Shown here: positions 18,263 through 28,172 of the stretch, one piece after another | Numbering within the stretch: position 1 is the stretch's first letter | How the letters are laid out: the number at the start of each line of letters is the position of its first letter | Origin: Sedimentisphaeraceae bacterium JB056 | GTDB lineage: Bacteria > Planctomycetota > Phycisphaerae > Sedimentisphaerales > Sedimentisphaeraceae | Direction of reading: 5' to 3' | Assembly: GCA_044440125.1 (NCBI GenBank) | Contig: JBITAJ010000029.1 | Location: 256,001-320,000 of the forward strand | Length of the DNA stretch: 64,000 nt | Notes under the pieces: model-generated | What the model was told of the DNA's origin: nothing | What the model saw: the letters and a program-made list of their open reading frames with translations, nothing else | Databases searched by the model: none | Program-made: the position numbers and the translations under genes

Positions 18263-20485
18263 ATGGGAAATAATATGTTGTATGGGACTTTTGAAAAAGA
18301 CAAGCCGTATTTGTGGAAAAAATTCAGTGATCCTGAGTTTGATGCTGCAACAGGCTTGGACAATGACTTCATAAAGGCAGAGGTTTTAAAGTTGGCTGAG
18401 AGCATGAAGAATGAGCCGCGAAAAATCACCAAAGCCAGACTTTTTGAGTATATTACACGTAATGTTCGCATTGATGTCAGTCCGCATGACTGGTTTGTTG
18501 GCTTTGCCTGCTGGGATCGAAATGACAGGTTTCTTTCTCCAATTGTTTACGGCATATGGAACGAAGAGCTCGATGAAAAATGTCCAGATACGATCACTTT
18601 GAGAAACAGCTTGCGGGAATCTGCGGTGGCGGCGATATGGCCTGATTTTGATCATTCGGTTCCCGACTGGGATGCTGTTTTTGAGCTTGGTTTTTCCGGA
18701 CTTCGCCAACGGGCAAGAAATTGTCGTAGGGAAAGGGAGGCTGGTTTTACTCTTACCGATGAGGCAGCTGAATATTTTGATGCGATAGAGATTACTTATA
18801 AAGCTATTATTGAGATGATGGAGCGGTTTTACTCTTATACGATTGAGCATGCTGATGGCAATCTTCGTATGTTGGAAGTTGGCAAATGTCTGCGTCAATT
18901 GATTGAGGGTGCTCCGAGAAATACATTTGAGGTATTGCAGCTAATCTATCTGTACTTTATATTCAGTGAACACATTGATCATATGCAGGTCCGATCGCTG
19001 AGTAATCTTGACCAGACCCTGTATCCTTATTATAAAAATGATTTAGAAAACGGAACCTATACTGAGCTGCAAATTCGTGAGCTTATCGATTACTTTCTTA
19101 TGCAGTATGCTTCTATCAACAACTACTGGGGGCATCCATTTTATCTTGGCGGTACAAAAAGCAATGGTGAAAGCAAAATTAATGAGCTGTCATTTTTGAT
19201 TTTGGAGGAATTTGAAAAACTGGATATCTGCTCGCCTAAAATACAACTTAAAATAGCCGACAATACGCCGCCAGATTTTCTTGAGAAGGCACTGAATATG
19301 GTTCGCAGCCATAACAGCAGTCTTGTGTTTGTGAGTGAAAAAAATATTAAGAGAGCTATGATGGGGCTTGGATTCTCCGAAGACGAGGCTCGTGAATGTG
19401 ATATAAATGGTTGCTATGAATATAATGTCAAGGCTCGTGAAGTCAAGACGGGGCCTGTTTATCTGAATTTGTTAAAGCCGGTTGAGTTAGTTTTTAATAA
19501 TGGTATTGATCCGAGCAGTGGTATAAAGTGCGGCTGTGAAACCGGTGAAGTTGAATCATTGGCAAGTTTCAGTGATTTTTACAAAGCCTATATCAAGCAG
19601 CTTGAGTTTATATTGGAATCATCTTTTAAGTGCGTGGATGAATTTGAGCAGTATCTTCATTTGACCAATCCGGCGAATGTATTTTCAGCAACAATTGAGA
19701 ATAGTCTGCGAACGGCTCGTGATGCTTTCGCCCACGGTTCTGTTTATAATAACACAATTATTCTTCATACCGGTTTGGCGAGTGCGGCGGATTCTTTGGC
19801 TGCGATTAGACAACTCGTGTATGAAGGTAGGGAAGTGTCTCTATCTGAAATGAAGAAGATATTAGCTTCTGATTGGCAGAGATATGAAAATCTACGGCTT
19901 AAAATACTCAATAGCAAACAAAGGTTCGGCAATGGGTGTGGTGAGGTTGATTCTATTGCCGAGGCTATCGGACGTTTCTGTTCTAATAAAATCAATATGC
20001 GTCCAAATTCCCGTGGCGGGTTTTATAAGGCTGCTATGCATTCGGCCAGAACTTTCATTACTCTTGGCGAGTTGACAGGGGCTACTCCTGACGGGCGAAA
20101 GAAGGGTGATGAAATGTCTAAGAATATTTCGCCTGTAATGGGGATGGATGTTAATGGCGTTACTGCTTTACTGAATTCTGTTTCCCAAATCGATTCGGCT
20201 TTGTTCCCAGAGGATTACGCTTTGGATGTTATGCTTCACCCGGCCACTACAGAAGGTGATGAGGGGCTGGAGGCGATGAAGAATCTTGTCAGGGTTTATA
20301 TGGATAGAAACGGAGCTTCAATCCACTTTAATATTTTTGATGCGAATGTGCTGCTTGAGGCTCAGCGTCATCCTGAGAAATACAGGGGATTGCAGGTTCG
20401 GGTATGCGGGTGGAACGTACGTTTCACTGACCTATGCAAAGAAGAGCAGGATGCGTATATTAAGCGTGCGATAAATATTCAATAA
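18263..20485 (+). CDS. Glycyl radical enzyme (PFL-like superfamily), substrate unknown
   Basis: C-terminal Gly loop LQVRVCGWN, Cys loop NGCYE and ATPDGRK. Start reassigned to ATG 18263. Confidence 0.92.
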   Translation: MGNNMLYGTFEKDKPYLWKKFSDPEFDAATGLDNDFIKAEVLKLAESMKNEPRKITKARLFEYITRNVRIDVSPHDWFVGFACWDRNDRFLSPIVYGIWNEELDEKCPDTITLRNSLRESAVAAIWPDFDHSVPDWDAVFELGFSGLRQRARNCRREREAGFTLTDEAAEYFDAIEITYKAIIEMMERFYSYTIEHADGNLRMLEVGKCLRQLIEGAPRNTFEVLQLIYLYFIFSEHIDHMQVRSLSNLDQTLYPYYKNDLENGTYTELQIRELIDYFLMQYASINNYWGHPFYLGGTKSNGESKINELSFLILEEFEKLDICSPKIQLKIADNTPPDFLEKALNMVRSHNSSLVFVSEKNIKRAMMGLGFSEDEARECDINGCYEYNVKAREVKTGPVYLNLLKPVELVFNNGIDPSSGIKCGCETGEVESLASFSDFYKAYIKQLEFILESSFKCVDEFEQYLHLTNPANVFSATIENSLRTARDAFAHGSVYNNTIILHTGLASAADSLAAIRQLVYEGREVSLSEMKKILASDWQRYENLRLKILNSKQRFGNGCGEVDSIAEAIGRFCSNKINMRPNSRGGFYKAAMHSARTFITLGELTGATPDGRKKGDEMSKNISPVMGMDVNGVTALLNSVSQIDSALFPEDYALDVMLHPATTEGDEGLEAMKNLVRVYMDRNGASIHFNIFDANVLLEAQRHPEKYRGLQVRVCGWNVRFTDLCKEEQDAYIKRAINIQ

Positions 20486-20495
20486 AAAAGCTGAA

Positions 20496-21395
20496 ATGAG
20501 TAGAACAGGATTAGTATTTGATATTAAGCGGTTCGCTGTGCATGATGGGCCTGGAATACGCACAACTGTTTTCTTGAAAGGCTGCGGACTCCAATGCAAG
20601 TGGTGCCATAATCCGGAGAGTATTTCACGGCAGCCGCAGCTTGCTTACTATGCGGATAAGTGCATTAATTGCAGTGAGTGTGTTTCGGTTTGTCCTTACT
20701 CCGCGCATCAGATAGTTGCCAGTAAACATTTGTTTGATAGAGATAAATGCAAATTATGTAATGAATGCGAGGCAGTTTGTCTGGGCGATGCACTTAAGAT
20801 TTATGGCAAGCAGATGAGCGTTGATGAAGTTTTGTCTATTGTTTTGGAAGACTGTGTGTTCTTTGATCAATCCGGTGGCGGAGTAACTCTTTCCGGCGGT
20901 GAACCTTTGGTTCAAAGCGGATTTTGCTATGAGCTTTTGGTGGAATTTAAAAAGCATGGCTTGCATACGACAGTTGATACGTGCGGTAATGTGAGTTGGA
21001 GTGATTTTGAAAAGGTCCTATCTGTAACGGATATGTTTCTTTATGATATCAAGCACATTTACGAAAAACCACATATAGCTAATACTGGTGCGTCTAACAA
21101 GAAAATTCTTGCAAACTTAAATAAGCTTTCGCAGTGCGGCAAGCCGATAGAGATTCGTATACCGCTAATCCCTGGATTCAATATGGATCAAGAAAGTGCT
21201 AAGGCATTTGGTGAGATACTTGGCAGCTTGTCAAATATTTCAGCAGTTAAATTGCTGGCTTATCATGATTTTGCAAGGTCGAAATATAAAGCTCTCGGAC
21301 TTGCCAATACTATGCCGAGGGTTGATCTGCCATCGCAATCACAGATAGAGGAGATTGCAGATTGTCTGAGGAAATTTAATTTGGTTGTGAAATAA
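20496..21395 (+). CDS. Glycyl-radical enzyme activating enzyme (radical SAM with ferredoxin insert)
   Basis: [16 protein letters not shown]3-C-x2-CHNPE, two CxxCxxCxxxC motifs and [10 protein letters not shown]. Confidence 0.95.
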   Translation: MSRTGLVFDIKRFAVHDGPGIRTTVFLKGCGLQCKWCHNPESISRQPQLAYYADKCINCSECVSVCPYSAHQIVASKHLFDRDKCKLCNECEAVCLGDALKIYGKQMSVDEVLSIVLEDCVFFDQSGGGVTLSGGEPLVQSGFCYELLVEFKKHGLHTTVDTCGNVSWSDFEKVLSVTDMFLYDIKHIYEKPHIANTGASNKKILANLNKLSQCGKPIEIRIPLIPGFNMDQESAKAFGEILGSLSNISAVKLLAYHDFARSKYKALGLANTMPRVDLPSQSQIEEIADCLRKFNLVVK

Positions 21396-21417
21396 TGTTA
21401 ATATAGAAAGTAGATTA

Positions 21418-21798
21418 ATGAAATCGGAACGTTATAAAAAAGGTGTTGAGAGACTTAAAGAGATGGGTGATACCAGTCCTATAGCAGGCGATTTGGATAA
21501 GGCCTTGCCGGATTTATCAAAATATATACGTGAATTTGCATTTGGAGATATTCACTCTCGCCCGGTGCTTACAAAAAAAGAGCGAGAAATATCGATAATA
21601 GCTTCCCTTACTACGCTGGGCTATGCTCCAAAAGAATTGAAATCACATATCAATATGGCTTTGAATATAGGATGCACAAAAGAAGAAATCTTAGAGGTTA
21701 TTATGCAGATGGCTGTTTATGCAGGTTTTCCTGCTGCCGTCAATGGGGTTTATGCAGCAGAGGAAGTTTTTAGCGAACGTAAAGAATCTGGCCAGTAG
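21418..21798 (+). CDS. Carboxymuconolactone decarboxylase (CMD/AhpD-like) family protein
   Basis: [27 protein letters not shown] and VYAGFPAA. Confidence 0.88.
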   Translation: MKSERYKKGVERLKEMGDTSPIAGDLDKALPDLSKYIREFAFGDIHSRPVLTKKEREISIIASLTTLGYAPKELKSHINMALNIGCTKEEILEVIMQMAVYAGFPAAVNGVYAAEEVFSERKESGQ

Positions 21799-21867
21799 TA
21801 TCGTGATTCTGCTTTTAACAATTTCAGGGCAGGACTAATCCCTTCAGGAAGATAGTAAGAGTACTTT

Positions 21868-21917
21868 AAAGGCTGTCGCAACAGAGTATGTTATATGCTG
21901 TTGCGACAGCCTTTTTA
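21868..21917 (+). terminator. Rho-independent terminator
   Basis: 17-bp perfect stem AAAGGCTGTCGCAACAG / CTGTTGCGACAGCCTTT followed by T's. Confidence 0.85.
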
Positions 21918-21921
21918 TTGC

Positions 21922-21998
21922 GCAAATGCAAATAAAGTTCTTGCATTTGCCACTTTTATACAATAATATTGTTACTACAAGTAAGGTACAACTTGTAT
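21922..21998 (+). promoter_or_regulatory. Putative promoter/operator of the GntR-LacI regulator
   Basis: GCAAATGCAA-N9-TTGCATTTGC inverted repeat, TTGCAT-17-TAATAT, and the dyad TACAAGT-N8-ACTTGTA (21976-21997). Confidence 0.45.
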
Positions 21999-22021
21999 AA
22001 TAATGCTAATACAGGTAGACA

Positions 22022-23125
22022 ATGCAGAGAGAAACTAAAAAAACAGGCCATAAATGGCGAGATATACGTGATTATATAGTCTCAATGGCAACATCAGGCG
22101 AGTACAAGCCCGGTGATGCGCTGCCCAGTGAAAACAGTATTTGCCAGCAGGCAGGTGCATCAAGGACTACTGTACGGCAGGCTCTCAAAGAACTTGAAAA
22201 TGAAGGTTTTGTAAGACGAATACGCGGTAAAGGCACTTTTTTAGCTGATATCACTGATAAGCCTTCAATGGTTTCAAAAGGTATGCATCAGGTGTTCAGT
22301 CTCGTTATTCCTGAGATGTCAGAGTATATTTATTCATCTCTTGCCCAGGGATTTGAAGGGTTTCTTGCAAATGAAAGCCTACAGACATTGATATGTGATT
22401 CTGGAAATGATATCTCCCGTCAGGGTAATATATTCCTGCAATTATTGCATAAGAGGATAGATGGTGTCGCTGTTGTACCTACAACTGATGGTAAAACGCC
22501 TGCTTTTCATATACAGATGCTTATTGATAGCGGAATCCCCGTAGTTTTGTGTCATCGTGGTTTGGACGGAGTGCGGGTTCCTGTTGTTACATGGGATAGA
22601 GAAAAAGTTGGGCAGATAGCTGCCGAGGCACTTCTTGAAAAAGGTCATACAAACATTGCATATTACGCCGGGCATAAATATGAAGTGCCTTTGTCTCATG
22701 TTAAGGGTATTAATAAGGTATTTGAGCTTTCCGATCAGAATGTGTTTTTTGGCAATCAGGGTGATGATGACCAGACTCTTGCTGACCGCGAGAATATTAT
22801 ATCCGGCATTCTCGATTCTGATAACAGGCCTACCGCAATTATTTGCAATAATGAGACGGAAGCTGAAAGAGTTTTCTGGGTTGCTTACCGAATGGGGCTT
22901 AGAATACCCGAAGATATATCTTTGGTTGGTTTTGGTGACAGCCGCCGTAATACAATCTTCAAGAAAATGCTTACATCAGTGGTGATTGATGAGTCTGAGC
23001 TTGGTGGGATAGCGGCCAAGATGCTCTGTGAGATAAATGGCAGACAGCGGTCTATAAATGACAACTCTGTGATATACCAGGGGTTGTATCTATATGAAGG
23101 AGCATCTGTTTCTGATTTGAAATAG
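22022..23125 (+). CDS. AraR-type regulator (GntR HTH + LacI-type effector-binding domain)
   Basis: LPSE...SRTTVRQALKELENEG..RIRGKGTF, followed by a periplasmic-binding-protein-like domain (RIPEDISLVGFGD). Confidence 0.92.
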   Translation: MQRETKKTGHKWRDIRDYIVSMATSGEYKPGDALPSENSICQQAGASRTTVRQALKELENEGFVRRIRGKGTFLADITDKPSMVSKGMHQVFSLVIPEMSEYIYSSLAQGFEGFLANESLQTLICDSGNDISRQGNIFLQLLHKRIDGVAVVPTTDGKTPAFHIQMLIDSGIPVVLCHRGLDGVRVPVVTWDREKVGQIAAEALLEKGHTNIAYYAGHKYEVPLSHVKGINKVFELSDQNVFFGNQGDDDQTLADRENIISGILDSDNRPTAIICNNETEAERVFWVAYRMGLRIPEDISLVGFGDSRRNTIFKKMLTSVVIDESELGGIAAKMLCEINGRQRSINDNSVIYQGLYLYEGASVSDLK

Positions 23126-23193
23126 ATTGATAGTTTATGAAATGACCTGTTAAACAGGCTTAATATTGACAATATAAAAGGTTTTATTAAAAA

Positions 23194-24090
23194 ATGGAAG
23201 ATAAGAACAAAAGTGTAAGTGGTGTTATTGTACCTATAATAACACCTGTAGATTCTGACGGTAATGTTGAAGTGGCCGAACTCAAGAAGATGATAGACCA
23301 TCTCTTGAATGCCGGTGTTGATGGAATTTTCGTAGGCGGATCGGCTGGAATGGGTCCGCTTCTCAAAGATGACCAGTGGAAGGTGTTGTCTAAGACTGCT
23401 TATGATTATGTTGACGGTCGTTGCATTCTTTTTGGAGGTGCGATATCTACATCCACAGCCAGAGCGATTGATAAGATTAGGTTTCTTGAGGATTGCGGCT
23501 ATAAATATGTTGCGGTAACTCCTACATACTATATAACGCTTGCCCGAAGTGATCAGTTCCTTGCACATTTCAAGGCTTGCAAGGCTGCGACATCAATGGA
23601 TATGGTTGTTTATAATATTCCTTCCTGCACAGGAAGTTCCATTCCTGTTGAGGTGTTGGAGGAGCTTGCCGCAGAAGGTCTGTATTCAGTATTAAAAGAA
23701 AGCAGCGGTGATAAGGAATACTTTGAGAAGGTCATTGCCATAGGTAAAAAATATGGCTTGAGTATTCTGCAGGGTAATGAGCCTGATATTGAATGGGGAT
23801 TTAAGCAGGGTGCTAAAGGCATTGTGCCTGTTTGTGCGAATTATGAACCGGCTACTTATGTTTCCGCTTGCAAGGCCGCTGTTTCCGGAGATGATGACAT
23901 CTTGCATGCTGCTCAGGAAAGAGCCAACTCTATCCGAGATACACTTCTTGTAAATGCGGAAAATTGGATTGCCGGAATTATGTATGGTCTTAAGTCTCTT
24001 GGAATAGGCAACGGTATACCGATTTGTCCGCTTCAGGAGATATCCGAAAATTCAAAGAGCAATATTGATAAAATTACGCTGGTTAATTGA
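23194..24090 (+). CDS. DHDPS/N-acetylneuraminate lyase family aldolase
   Basis: PIITP, GSAGM (variant of GxxGE), VYNIP and LKESSGD. Confidence 0.88.
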   Translation: MEDKNKSVSGVIVPIITPVDSDGNVEVAELKKMIDHLLNAGVDGIFVGGSAGMGPLLKDDQWKVLSKTAYDYVDGRCILFGGAISTSTARAIDKIRFLEDCGYKYVAVTPTYYITLARSDQFLAHFKACKAATSMDMVVYNIPSCTGSSIPVEVLEELAAEGLYSVLKESSGDKEYFEKVIAIGKKYGLSILQGNEPDIEWGFKQGAKGIVPVCANYEPATYVSACKAAVSGDDDILHAAQERANSIRDTLLVNAENWIAGIMYGLKSLGIGNGIPICPLQEISENSKSNIDKITLVN

Positions 24091-24126
24091 TATATCTTAA
24101 CATTTCGTTATTGATTTTTGTTATTT

Positions 24127-24175
24127 AAGGCTGTCGTGATGATGGGATTTTATTACTTCATCACGACAGGTTTTT
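24127..24175 (+). terminator. Stem-loop / terminator between aldolase and transporter
   Basis: CTGTCGTGATGA / TCATCACGACAG stem followed by GTTTTT. Confidence 0.6.
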
Positions 24176-24200
24176 GAAACAGGAGCACATATTGGATAGT

Positions 24201-26792
24201 ATGAAGCAGATTCGTTTTATAGTTTATATCTTCGTTATTTTATTTTTATCTACGTCTTCGTTTGCATCTGAGGCTGTAGATAATGGATTTCTTCAATGGG
24301 ATAAACTTTCTGAGCTTCCGGCATCAGAACTTCAGGAACAAGCATTGGGTGTTGCCGGAGCTTTTGCGGGCATCAGTAACGATGCTCTGATTATTGCCGG
24401 CGGGGCGAACTTTGCAAAACCTTATTGGCAGTCAGATAAGCAGTGGCATGATGACATCTACGTCCTTGAGAGAACTGATGATGATTATAAATGGTATAGC
24501 GGTTTCAAACTTCCAAGACCAGTTGCTTACGGCATGAGCGTTACAACGGCTGATGGCGTTGTATGTATGGGTGGTTCAGATGCAGATCAATGTTATTCTG
24601 ATGTATTTATCCTAAAATGGGACAGAGATAATAAGAAGATAATAACTGCTTCTCTTCCATCTTTACCTGGCAAGTGTGTTTCTGGAGCAGCGGCAATTAT
24701 TGATGATACTATATACATTGCCGGTGGTCAAGGTGATATCTCTCTTGATTCGGCTATGAATAGCTTCTGGTCGCTTGAGCTCTCTCAAGATGTTTCTCCC
24801 GATTTGTCATGGGATAAACTTGCCTCATGGCCAGGCTTGCCAAGAGCCGCAAATAGTACTATTGCCCAGCATAATGGTCAAAATGATTGTATATATGTGA
24901 TAGGCGGCAGGTGTGTGGCTGATGGTGTTACTCAATATTTGAGCGATGTTTACGAATATAACACGGCAACAAAACTATGGCGTCAAAGGTCTGATTTGCC
25001 AATTTCACTTGCCGCATCTGCCGCAACTTCTGTTGGGCAGAGTCATATTTTTGTCTTTGGTGGTGATGATGGTTCTCTCATCGATAGGGTTGATGAGCTT
25101 AAGGGCAGTCATCCAGGTTTTACTAAAGATATATTTGCCTACCATACAATAACAGATACATGGACTAAAGCCGGGCAAGTGTCTCAAACCCAGGTTACAT
25201 CATCTGTTGTCAATTGGGACGGCGATTATCTGATTGTGAGTGGTGAAGTGAGGCCCCGTGAAAGAACTCCTGAGATAAGTCGTGGTAAGTTGGTGGCAAA
25301 AGCAAACAGTTTTGGCGTTATAAACTTTAGTACGCTTGGCATCTATCTGTTTGCGATGATTGGTGTGGGATTGTATTTTTCGTTCAGGAATAAGAATACT
25401 GATGATTTCTTCCGCGGTGGTCAGAGGATTCCCGGTTGGGCTGCTGGACTCAGTATGTTTGCTACGCTTCTAAGTTCAATTACATTTGTTGCAATACCCG
25501 CCAAGGTTTATGCTACTGATTGGACATATCTTACCTTGAACATGGCTATTATCGTTGTTGCTCCGTTTGTGATATATTGCATAATGCCGTTTTTCAGAAA
25601 GATTGATGCCACAAGTGCCTATGAGTATTTTGAGAAACGATTCAATGTTTTCGCGAGAATGTTTGCGAGTATTTCTTTCGTTCTATTTCAAATAGGGCGA
25701 ATGGCTATAGTCATGTTTCTACCGGCGATTGCTCTGGCAACGATAACTTCTTTAAGTGTTCAGCAGTGCATTCTCATTATGGGTGTGCTGAGCATTATTT
25801 ATTGCACAATGGGCGGCCTTGAAGCTGTTATCTGGACAGATGCCATTCAAACTTTCATACTCCTTGGCGGTGCATTGGTTAGTCTTGTGGTAGTCATTAC
25901 TAATATTGATGGTGGTTTTGCTGACTTTTTGAGTCTTGCTCAGGCAAGCGGCAAGTTTCATTCAGTAAATATTGATTTCAGCTCTACGAGTTTTATGACT
26001 ACTGCCTTATGGGTTATGATTATTGGCGGTTTAGGGCAATGTATTGTGCCGTACGTCTCAGATCAGGCTGTGGTTCAGCGGTATATGGCTGTTTCCGATA
26101 TTGAACAGGCAAGAAAAACCGTTTGGATAAATGCCATTACCTCAATCCCTGCGACACTCTTATTCTTTGGCGTGGGTACTGCCTTGTTTGTGTTCTATAA
26201 GAACAGCCCGGAAAAGCTTGATCCGAATTACCAGACAGATGCCATTTTCCCGCTTTTTATCGCACGTGAGTTGCCTGTAGGAATATCAGGACTTGTTGTC
26301 GCCGGTATTTTTGCTGCTGCCCAGTCTACAGTTTCCACCAGCATGAACAGTATATCAACGGTTGTTGTAACCGATTTTGTAAAGCGTTTCTCATTGCTTA
26401 AGACAGAGAAGGGCTATCTTAATCTTGCCCGATTTTGCACTTTTTTCTTCGGAGTACTGGGTACGGCATTGGCACTTCTGTTTGCAAGTGCGGATATTAA
26501 GTCGCTTTGGGAATCTTTTATGTCGGTTCTTGGTCTCTTTGGCGGCTCAATGTGCGGACTTTTCCTCCTTGGTATGTTTACAAAACGGGTTGGCAGTATA
26601 GCCGCTATTTCCGGCGCTGTTCTTGGTGCGGTTGTGCTGATGATGGTAAAGACATACACTCATACTTCCGTTTTGCTCTATGCTTCTATCGGTATTGTCT
26701 CTTGTTTTATAATTGGCTATTTGCTTTCAATGATTCTTCGGGAAAAACCGAACGTTCTCACTGATCTCACGATATATACCATTGAAAAGTGA
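24201..26792 (+). CDS. Kelch-repeat (NanM mutarotase-like) domain fused to a sodium:solute symporter (SiaT-like)
   Basis: Signal peptide and Kelch GG repeats (IIAGGANF, YIAGG, YVIGG, SGEVRP), then SSS motifs FFRGG, SAYEYFEKRF, GGLEAVIWTD and DQAVVQRY. Confidence 0.9.
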   Translation: MKQIRFIVYIFVILFLSTSSFASEAVDNGFLQWDKLSELPASELQEQALGVAGAFAGISNDALIIAGGANFAKPYWQSDKQWHDDIYVLERTDDDYKWYSGFKLPRPVAYGMSVTTADGVVCMGGSDADQCYSDVFILKWDRDNKKIITASLPSLPGKCVSGAAAIIDDTIYIAGGQGDISLDSAMNSFWSLELSQDVSPDLSWDKLASWPGLPRAANSTIAQHNGQNDCIYVIGGRCVADGVTQYLSDVYEYNTATKLWRQRSDLPISLAASAATSVGQSHIFVFGGDDGSLIDRVDELKGSHPGFTKDIFAYHTITDTWTKAGQVSQTQVTSSVVNWDGDYLIVSGEVRPRERTPEISRGKLVAKANSFGVINFSTLGIYLFAMIGVGLYFSFRNKNTDDFFRGGQRIPGWAAGLSMFATLLSSITFVAIPAKVYATDWTYLTLNMAIIVVAPFVIYCIMPFFRKIDATSAYEYFEKRFNVFARMFASISFVLFQIGRMAIVMFLPAIALATITSLSVQQCILIMGVLSIIYCTMGGLEAVIWTDAIQTFILLGGALVSLVVVITNIDGGFADFLSLAQASGKFHSVNIDFSSTSFMTTALWVMIIGGLGQCIVPYVSDQAVVQRYMAVSDIEQARKTVWINAITSIPATLLFFGVGTALFVFYKNSPEKLDPNYQTDAIFPLFIARELPVGISGLVVAGIFAAAQSTVSTSMNSISTVVVTDFVKRFSLLKTEKGYLNLARFCTFFFGVLGTALALLFASADIKSLWESFMSVLGLFGGSMCGLFLLGMFTKRVGSIAAISGAVLGAVVLMMVKTYTHTSVLLYASIGIVSCFIIGYLLSMILREKPNVLTDLTIYTIEK

Positions 26793-27026
26793 TATCGAAG
26801 CTTAGATTTTTGAAGAAAAGGTGAAAATAGCGGTTTATTGCATTAAAAAAGCGAAGAAAATTGCAATTATGCAATAAATTTCTTGCCTAAGTGCCCCTTT
26901 ATAACTTATCATAACAGCATATATGTCGTGTTCCCACTGCTCATTTCAGAGTTTTAGTGTGTGCTTGGGGTTTGCTGTTTCAGCGGCATTTTGGATTAAT
27001 GAACATTACAAAACGGAATTTGTATA

Positions 27027-28172
27027 ATGTTATACCACCTTCTTAAATCAAGCGAAGAGCTAATGCACAAGGTAGGCTTCTATGCTTATCAAGATGTCGC
27101 ATTCCGCGCTACTTTTGCGTGCATACTCAGTTTTGTGTTTTGCATGATCTTTGGCCCGCGTGTTATTAGCTGGCTTAAAGCTCGCAAAATCGGCGATAAA
27201 GCCGAGTTCAACAATGCCCGCATGAACGAGCAGATGAAGAGTAAGAAGAATACCCCCACAATGGGCGGTATTATGATACTTATATCCATAATCGTAAGCA
27301 CCTTGCTTTGTGCCGACCTTACCAATCCATTCATACAGAAGGCTCTGATTATCATACTGTGGTATGGTGCGATTGGCGGCATAGACGACTGGTGTAAGCT
27401 CAATGCTTCCGCCGGCAGCCGTGATGGACTTTATCCATGGGAAAAGCTGGTGGCTCAGTTTGGCGGGGCGATGATTATTGCGGGCTTTCTGTACTTCGAT
27501 TTTGAAAAGATACCTGACGGCAAGATGCTGTGGATACCATTCTACAAGCACGGCATATACCTGCCGGTTTGGGGGTTTGTGCTTATCGGTTTCTTCTATA
27601 TCAGTGCGACGAGCAATGCCGTGAACCTGACTGACGGAATGGATGGCCTTGCATCAGGCTGCACGGCGATAGTTACGGCTGTGCTTATGTTTCTGTGCTA
27701 CGTCGTTTCCGAGTTCACAACCCGCAGCAGTGATATTACCTGGGCTCAAAGCCTGCTGCTGCCGCATATCCCGCATGCCGGTGAACTTACAGTGTTCTAT
27801 GCCTCGATGCTTGGCTCTATACTCGGGTTTATGTGGTTCAACTGCTATCCGGCCGAGGTGTTTATGGGCGATACCGGTTCATTGCCGCTTGGTGCGGCTA
27901 TCGGCTACGGTGCGATAGTGACGCGTAACGAGGTGCTGCTGCTTATAGCCGGTGGTGTATTTATATGGGAGCTTTGCAGTGTTATGCTGCAGGTCGGCTA
28001 TTTCAAATACACCAGAAATAAGTACGGTCAGGGGCGTCGAATCTTCAAGATGGCACCGGTTCACCACCACTATCATATGAAGGGGTGGTCTGAGCAGAAA
28101 GTTGTTGTGAGGTTCTGGCTGCTTAGTCTGCTGTTTGCTATGGTTGCTCTGCTTACGCTCAAGCTAAGATAA
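27027..28172 (+). CDS. mraY: Phospho-N-acetylmuramoyl-pentapeptide transferase
   Basis: KKNTPTMGG, IDD, NAVNLTDGMDGLA, VFMGDTGS and APVHHHY. Confidence 0.97.
   Translation: MLYHLLKSSEELMHKVGFYAYQDVAFRATFACILSFVFCMIFGPRVISWLKARKIGDKAEFNNARMNEQMKSKKNTPTMGGIMILISIIVSTLLCADLTNPFIQKALIIILWYGAIGGIDDWCKLNASAGSRDGLYPWEKLVAQFGGAMIIAGFLYFDFEKIPDGKMLWIPFYKHGIYLPVWGFVLIGFFYISATSNAVNLTDGMDGLASGCTAIVTAVLMFLCYVVSEFTTRSSDITWAQSLLLPHIPHAGELTVFYASMLGSILGFMWFNCYPAEVFMGDTGSLPLGAAIGYGAIVTRNEVLLLIAGGVFIWELCSVMLQVGYFKYTRNKYGQGRRIFKMAPVHHHYHMKGWSEQKVVVRFWLLSLLFAMVALLTLKLR

Noticed and set aside
18151..18263. Apparent head-to-head overlap of the AraC and GRE ORFs in the ORF track
   Set aside because: An artefact of extended TTG starts; downstream ATGs give a normal divergent intergenic region.
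18263..21395. Calling the GRE pyruvate formate-lyase (pflB), or a microcompartment-associated GRE
   Set aside because: It lacks the PFL Cys-Cys pair, the activase has a ferredoxin insert, and there are no BMC shell genes in the window.
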